Below, piece by piece: positions 37,986 to 42,036 of a stretch of DNA of 42,036 nt; the stretch's first letter is position 1; every line of letters starts with the position of its first letter. The notes beneath the pieces were generated by a model that did not search any database, had not been told where the DNA came from, and saw only the letters and a program-made list of their open reading frames with translations. The translations under genes and the position numbers were made by a program. Origin of the DNA: Deltaproteobacteria bacterium (lineage in GTDB: Bacteria; Desulfobacterota; GWC2-55-46). The stretch is taken from positions 1 through 42,036 of the forward strand of contig JACRLF010000008.1 of the NCBI GenBank assembly GCA_016235365.1, written 5' to 3'.

Positions 37986-38651
37986 TCATCGGTCGACACT
38001 GGGGATGCTGAAAGACCCCGGCTCGACGTCCGGGTCTATCTCCACCTCCGAGTACCTGATGCTGAACCTCTCCCTGCCGTCGATGGAGATATTGAACGGG
38101 ATATATGCGCCTGAAACCTTTCTATAGTCGGCCAGGGCGACACTGAGCACCTCCGTGCCGCCCCTGGACTTTACGATATCCTTCACGCGGCCGTCCCCGT
38201 CCGTCGTTACGCTGTACCAGCTGCCGGCGGCCCTATTCATCGCCGGGGGCGCGCCCGCCTCCCCCATGAGGAAGGAGACCACTTCGCCCGCGCTGAAGGG
38301 ATACGGCATGGACGGGTCTTCCCAGTTGAATATCCGCGGAGGGCGTCCGGAAAATACAAAGAGCTCCCTCCCGTCGCTTACAAGGAGGGCGATCACCTGG
38401 TTGAAAGGCCCCATGACCTCTATCCTGAATTTATCCGGGCTCTCAACGAGTACGCGGGCCCTGCCGGTCAGAGGTATCGACCTCCTCAACTCCACCACCG
38501 CTTCAGCCCGCAATGCCTTGGGCCTTGCGGGGACGGCCTCCGCCAGGGGCCGCGCTTGCGGGGCGTAGAACACGGCGCACCCGCCGAGCAGCGCCGCCGC
38601 CGCGACGACGGGGATAAAGGCACGGACGCGCGATAGAGTGTTGCCGCGCAC
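37986..38651 (-). CDS. Outer-membrane lipoprotein (LolB/DUF4292-like)
   Basis: Lipobox LGGC, FRIEVMGPF segment, directly downstream of the TPR gene. Confidence 0.7.
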   Translation of the reverse strand: MRGNTLSRVRAFIPVVAAAALLGGCAVFYAPQARPLAEAVPARPKALRAEAVVELRRSIPLTGRARVLVESPDKFRIEVMGPFNQVIALLVSDGRELFVFSGRPPRIFNWEDPSMPYPFSAGEVVSFLMGEAGAPPAMNRAAGSWYSVTTDGDGRVKDIVKSRGGTEVLSVALADYRKVSGAYIPFNISIDGRERFSIRYSEVEIDPDVEPGSFSIPSVDR

Positions 38652-38653
38652 CG

Positions 38654-40378
38654 TTACCTGACCTTGAGCTCTTTGCGGAGCTTTTCAAGCTTGTCTTTTA
38701 TCTTGACGTTGGACGGGTCCGCTTCCATAGCCGACTCGTAGGAGACAAGCGCCTTCTGCCTGGAGTTGTTCTTCAGGTACGCATCCCCCAGGTGCTCCAT
38801 GACGATAGGGTCCTTCGGCAGCAGCCTGGTAGCCTTCTCAAGCTCCGCCACGGCCTTGCCGAACTCGCCTTTCTTGTAATACACCCAGCCGAGGCTGTCT
38901 ATGATCTGGCCGCTGTCGGGCTTTATATCGAGGGCCTTTTTTACGAGCCGCTCGGCCTCATCGAGCTTCACCCCCCTCTCGGCGTATGTATACCCTATGT
39001 AGTTGAGCGCGTTGGCGTGCTTGTCGTCGATGCCCAGGACCTTGTACATCGCATCGATGACCTTCTCATCCATCTTGGCGTCGTCATAAAGCACGCCGAG
39101 CTGGAAATAGAGCTCCGGGTCTTTCGGGTTTATCTTGATCGCCTGCTCCATGACCCCTATGCCCTCGCCGTACCGCTTGGCCTCCCTGTAGACCGAGGCA
39201 AGGAGCTTCAGGAGGTCGACGCTGTCGGGCTTGAGCTTGACCGCCTCGCTCAGCTCCTTTATCGTGCTCTCTATCCTCCCCTGGCGCTCATAGATGTACG
39301 CAAGGTGTATCTTGGCGTCTATGAAGCCCGCGTCGTTCTGCGGTATCATCTTGAACTGGGCGGCCGCGCTTTCGATGTCGCCTTTTTCCTCGTACACGGT
39401 GGCGAGATAGTAGCGCACCCTCGTGGAATCCGGGCTTGCGGCCAGCACGCTCATGAACTTTTCTATCGCGTCGTCGTACTGCTTTTTCTCGAAGTAGATG
39501 ATGCCCGTCTTGACCATCGCCTCGAGCCTGTTATCCTCGTACCTCTCAAGCTCCCTGTACTGCTCCAGCGCCTCATCGAGCCTGTTCTGCTGCAGATAGA
39601 GGGCCCCGAGGCGGTTTATCGCCGCCGGGTTTGGCATCACGGTCAGCCCCTTGCGGTAGACCTCGATGGCCTCGTCGAACTTCTTCTCTATCTCATAGGC
39701 TATGCCGAGCTCGAAGTAGGCGGCGGCGAAATGCGGGTTTATCTCCGCGGCCTTCGTGTAGTGCTTCTCCGCTTCGGCGTAGTTGCCCCTCTCGAACTCT
39801 ATCTTGGCCAGGTAGTAGTAGGCCATTATCGAATCCGGGTTCACGGACAGGAGCCACTTGAGCGTCTCAACCCCCTTGTCGTACTCCTTCTGCCTCGCGT
39901 ACAGGGCGCCGAGGAAGAGGTAGTTCTTGGTGTTCTTCGGATCGAGCCGTATCGCGGCCCTGTACTTCTCGGCGGCGGCGGCGTCGTTCTTTATCGAGGA
40001 GAAGAGCTCCGCGAGCGACACATAGGAGTTCGGGTACTTCGGGTCTATCTCTATGGCCTTCTCAAGGTGCTTCTGCGCCTGCTCGACGTTGCCGGCCGAC
40101 ATGTAGAGCTGCCCTATTTCGGCGTAGAGGACCACGGACTTCGGGTCAAGGGCTATCGCTTTCCTGTAGGCGTCGATAGCGGCAGTGAAGTCGCCTTGCT
40201 TCCTGAGGAGCTGCGCGGTCAGGAAGTAATAGTATGACTCGGAGTTTTCATTGGTCGAGCCTTTATAGGGGTATACCCGTCCCGCCTCCTGCGCCGAGGC
40301 GCCGTATACTGAAGCCTGGATAAGGAAAACGGCCGTCACCGCCGGCAGGATGATCCTTTTCATGATATCAGATACCAT
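38654..40378 (-). CDS. Exported tetratricopeptide-repeat protein
   Basis: Signal peptide, many TPRs, ALNYIGYTYA and IIDSLGWVYY; start at 40378 or 40363. Confidence 0.9.
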   Translation of the reverse strand: MVSDIMKRIILPAVTAVFLIQASVYGASAQEAGRVYPYKGSTNENSESYYYFLTAQLLRKQGDFTAAIDAYRKAIALDPKSVVLYAEIGQLYMSAGNVEQAQKHLEKAIEIDPKYPNSYVSLAELFSSIKNDAAAAEKYRAAIRLDPKNTKNYLFLGALYARQKEYDKGVETLKWLLSVNPDSIMAYYYLAKIEFERGNYAEAEKHYTKAAEINPHFAAAYFELGIAYEIEKKFDEAIEVYRKGLTVMPNPAAINRLGALYLQQNRLDEALEQYRELERYEDNRLEAMVKTGIIYFEKKQYDDAIEKFMSVLAASPDSTRVRYYLATVYEEKGDIESAAAQFKMIPQNDAGFIDAKIHLAYIYERQGRIESTIKELSEAVKLKPDSVDLLKLLASVYREAKRYGEGIGVMEQAIKINPKDPELYFQLGVLYDDAKMDEKVIDAMYKVLGIDDKHANALNYIGYTYAERGVKLDEAERLVKKALDIKPDSGQIIDSLGWVYYKKGEFGKAVAELEKATRLLPKDPIVMEHLGDAYLKNNSRQKALVSYESAMEADPSNVKIKDKLEKLRKELKVR

Positions 40379-40719
40379 ATTCTCTGAGCCTCCGAATGGC
40401 GCCGGTATACGGCTGAAGAGTCCATATTTCTTAGTATTATAGTTAGCTATCGCCGGCAAGGTGTATGGTGTTGGGAAGACTGCTTTTGGATGGTTTCAGC
40501 GCCTTTTCTTCGACGAGCAGAAAAAGATTGAGACAAACCGGAGTGCGCCATGTTTAATTCTAACATCTTTCACGGGTACAGTCAATAAATCCCGTTGTAC
40601 CGCGGTGCGCGCAATACGAGGGGTTTTCCCGATGGGATGAAGGGTGTGGACGTCTTGCGACGCCTCGGATTTTACGGAAGGCGGCCTAATAAGGCCGGGG
40701 CCGCAGGCATGTGTACAGG

Positions 40720-40992
40720 TCAGTTCTTCCTCTGCCTCTCAAGCCTCTCGCGGACGTCCGGGGGCAGGTGCAGGCCCTCGGTGTCTATGCCGGAGAGGAT
40801 GTCGGTGAGCACCTCTATCCTGTCCCTGACGTTGAGGCCCTTATGTATGAGTATCCTCTGCTCTCCCCTGAGCTTGAATATCCCGCCGTACGTGTAGACG
40901 GCGCCTTTGCAGAGGTCCTCGTAGCCGAGTTTTATAGAAAGCTTTTCAGCCGTCTCTTCGAGCTTTGTCAGAAGGGTTTCGTCTTTCATCAC
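40720..40992 (-). CDS. Hypothetical protein
   Basis: 90-aa ORF with host-like codon usage; ends DTEGLHLPPDVRERLE. Confidence 0.7.
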   Translation of the reverse strand: MMKDETLLTKLEETAEKLSIKLGYEDLCKGAVYTYGGIFKLRGEQRILIHKGLNVRDRIEVLTDILSGIDTEGLHLPPDVRERLERQRKN

Positions 40993-41128
40993 GTATTATT
41001 TTCCCCGTTTACGCCCCCACTGTCAAGGAAAAGAATGACAGGAAGGGAATAACGAAGCCCCCGGGTTCTCCTGCGCCGGCCCCGGAGAACCCGGGCCCAA
41101 CCCATGAAAAAACAAAAAAACAAAGGGG

Positions 41129-41157
41129 TTGACACCATACGGTCATTGGTTTATATT
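41129..41157 (+). promoter_or_regulatory. sigma70 promoter of trxA
   Basis: TTGACA-N17-TATATT. Confidence 0.7.
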
Positions 41158-41228
41158 TCATACAGGGTCGCCGCAGAAGGCGCCCGGATAAGATTTGCCG
41201 GCACAAAATGCATGAAAGGAGCGCCCGG

Positions 41229-41555
41229 ATGTCCGAGAACATCATAAACGTCTCAGATTCCAATTTCGATTCCATTATCCTAAAGTCCGATATGCCCGCG
41301 CTGGTGGACTTCTGGGCGAGCTGGTGCGCCCCGTGCAAGGCGATAGCCCCTGTGGTGGACGAGATGGCCGCGCAGTACAGCGGCAAGGTAAGGGTGGCCA
41401 AGATGAACGTGGACGACAACCCCGCCACGCCCGGCAAATACGGCGTCAGGGGCATCCCGACACTTATCCTCTTCAAGAACGGGAAGATAGTGGACCAGCT
41501 CGTAGGGGCGGTGCCCAAGAGCCAGATAAAAGAGCTTATCGACAAGGCCCTGTAA
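41229..41555 (+). CDS. trxA: Thioredoxin
   Basis: VDFWASWCAPCK, YGVRGIPTL; AAAGGAG RBS before the ATG at 41229. Confidence 0.95.
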   Translation: MSENIINVSDSNFDSIILKSDMPALVDFWASWCAPCKAIAPVVDEMAAQYSGKVRVAKMNVDDNPATPGKYGVRGIPTLILFKNGKIVDQLVGAVPKSQIKELIDKAL

Positions 41556-41693
41556 CCCCCTGCAATGCCCCCTTCGCTCAACGCCGCCGGACGGGCCGAC
41601 AGCCATGCTTCTTAAAAAATGGCGGGGATGCGCGTGCATCTCCGCCCTTTTTTCGTCTCGACGCCTATGATCCTCGATCCGGGCGCATCACCC

Positions 41694-42036
41694 TCACTTC
41701 TCCGGCCCCTTCCCCTCGTACCTGCATTTACAGATATCCGTCCTTATGAACTTCACGATATCCCTTATCGCGTCGTCGCTCAATGCGGCGCCGAAGGAGA
41801 CCATGACGTCGGAAAACCCGGCGCTCCGCCCGCCTTCCCTTATCACCTTGAAGAGATCGTCGTCGGTGCGGCTTGACATCAACCGCCTGTCGGTAAGGTC
41901 CCTCGGCCTGACGTCGAGCGTGTTGGCCATCTGGCCGTCGCCCCTGCCCCTGGTGCCGTGGCATACGGCGCAGTTGGCCTCGAAGTCCGCTCTGGCACTG
42001 GCCCTGCCGGCCTTTGTAATGTCCGCGCCTACGGCC
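41694..42036 (-). CDS. c-type cytochrome (5' end outside the window)
   Basis: The frame upstream of 41930 reads FEANCAVCHGTRGRGDG (CxxCH), followed by PRDLTD and a distal Met (SDVMVSF). Confidence 0.85.
   Translation of the reverse strand, partial: AVGADITKAGRASARADFEANCAVCHGTRGRGDGQMANTLDVRPRDLTDRRLMSSRTDDDLFKVIREGGRSAGFSDVMVSFGAALSDDAIRDIVKFIRTDICKCRYEGKGPEK

Overview
GC-rich bacterial chromosome segment, probably from a Desulfobacterota/'Deltaproteobacteria'-like organism (inferred from gene content and order). The housekeeping backbone is nth, groES-groEL with CIRCE, a uvrA-like gene, a B12/radical-SAM protein, mltD, moeA, mtnA, ntrB-ntrC-thiE, a sigma54/ANTAR-controlled amtB-glnK-nirB cluster, glgA, uvrD/pcrA, carD-PIN/TRAM-ispD-ispF-gltX-cysS, TPR and lipoprotein genes, trxA and a partial cytochrome c. 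The intergenic DNA is dense with small mobile elements. Highlights: (1) an IS110/IS621-like element whose left end encodes a readable bridge RNA; its target guides match the genome's GTAG-REP palindrome, it sits inside such a REP, and a candidate cognate RAYT is in the same window; (2) a 74-aa glutaredoxin-like gene missed by the ORF track with two in-frame UGA codons and a SECIS-like hairpin, probably a double selenoprotein; (3) eight copies of a ~115-bp hairpin element that always follows TGAA with no target duplication, two of which rewrite both ends of glgA; (4) an orphan integron-type HNH cassette; (5) a lone type I-E CRISPR repeat with a 32-nt spacer and a handle-like remnant; (6) several genes with short internal deletions and frameshifts, which may be real decay or assembly error.
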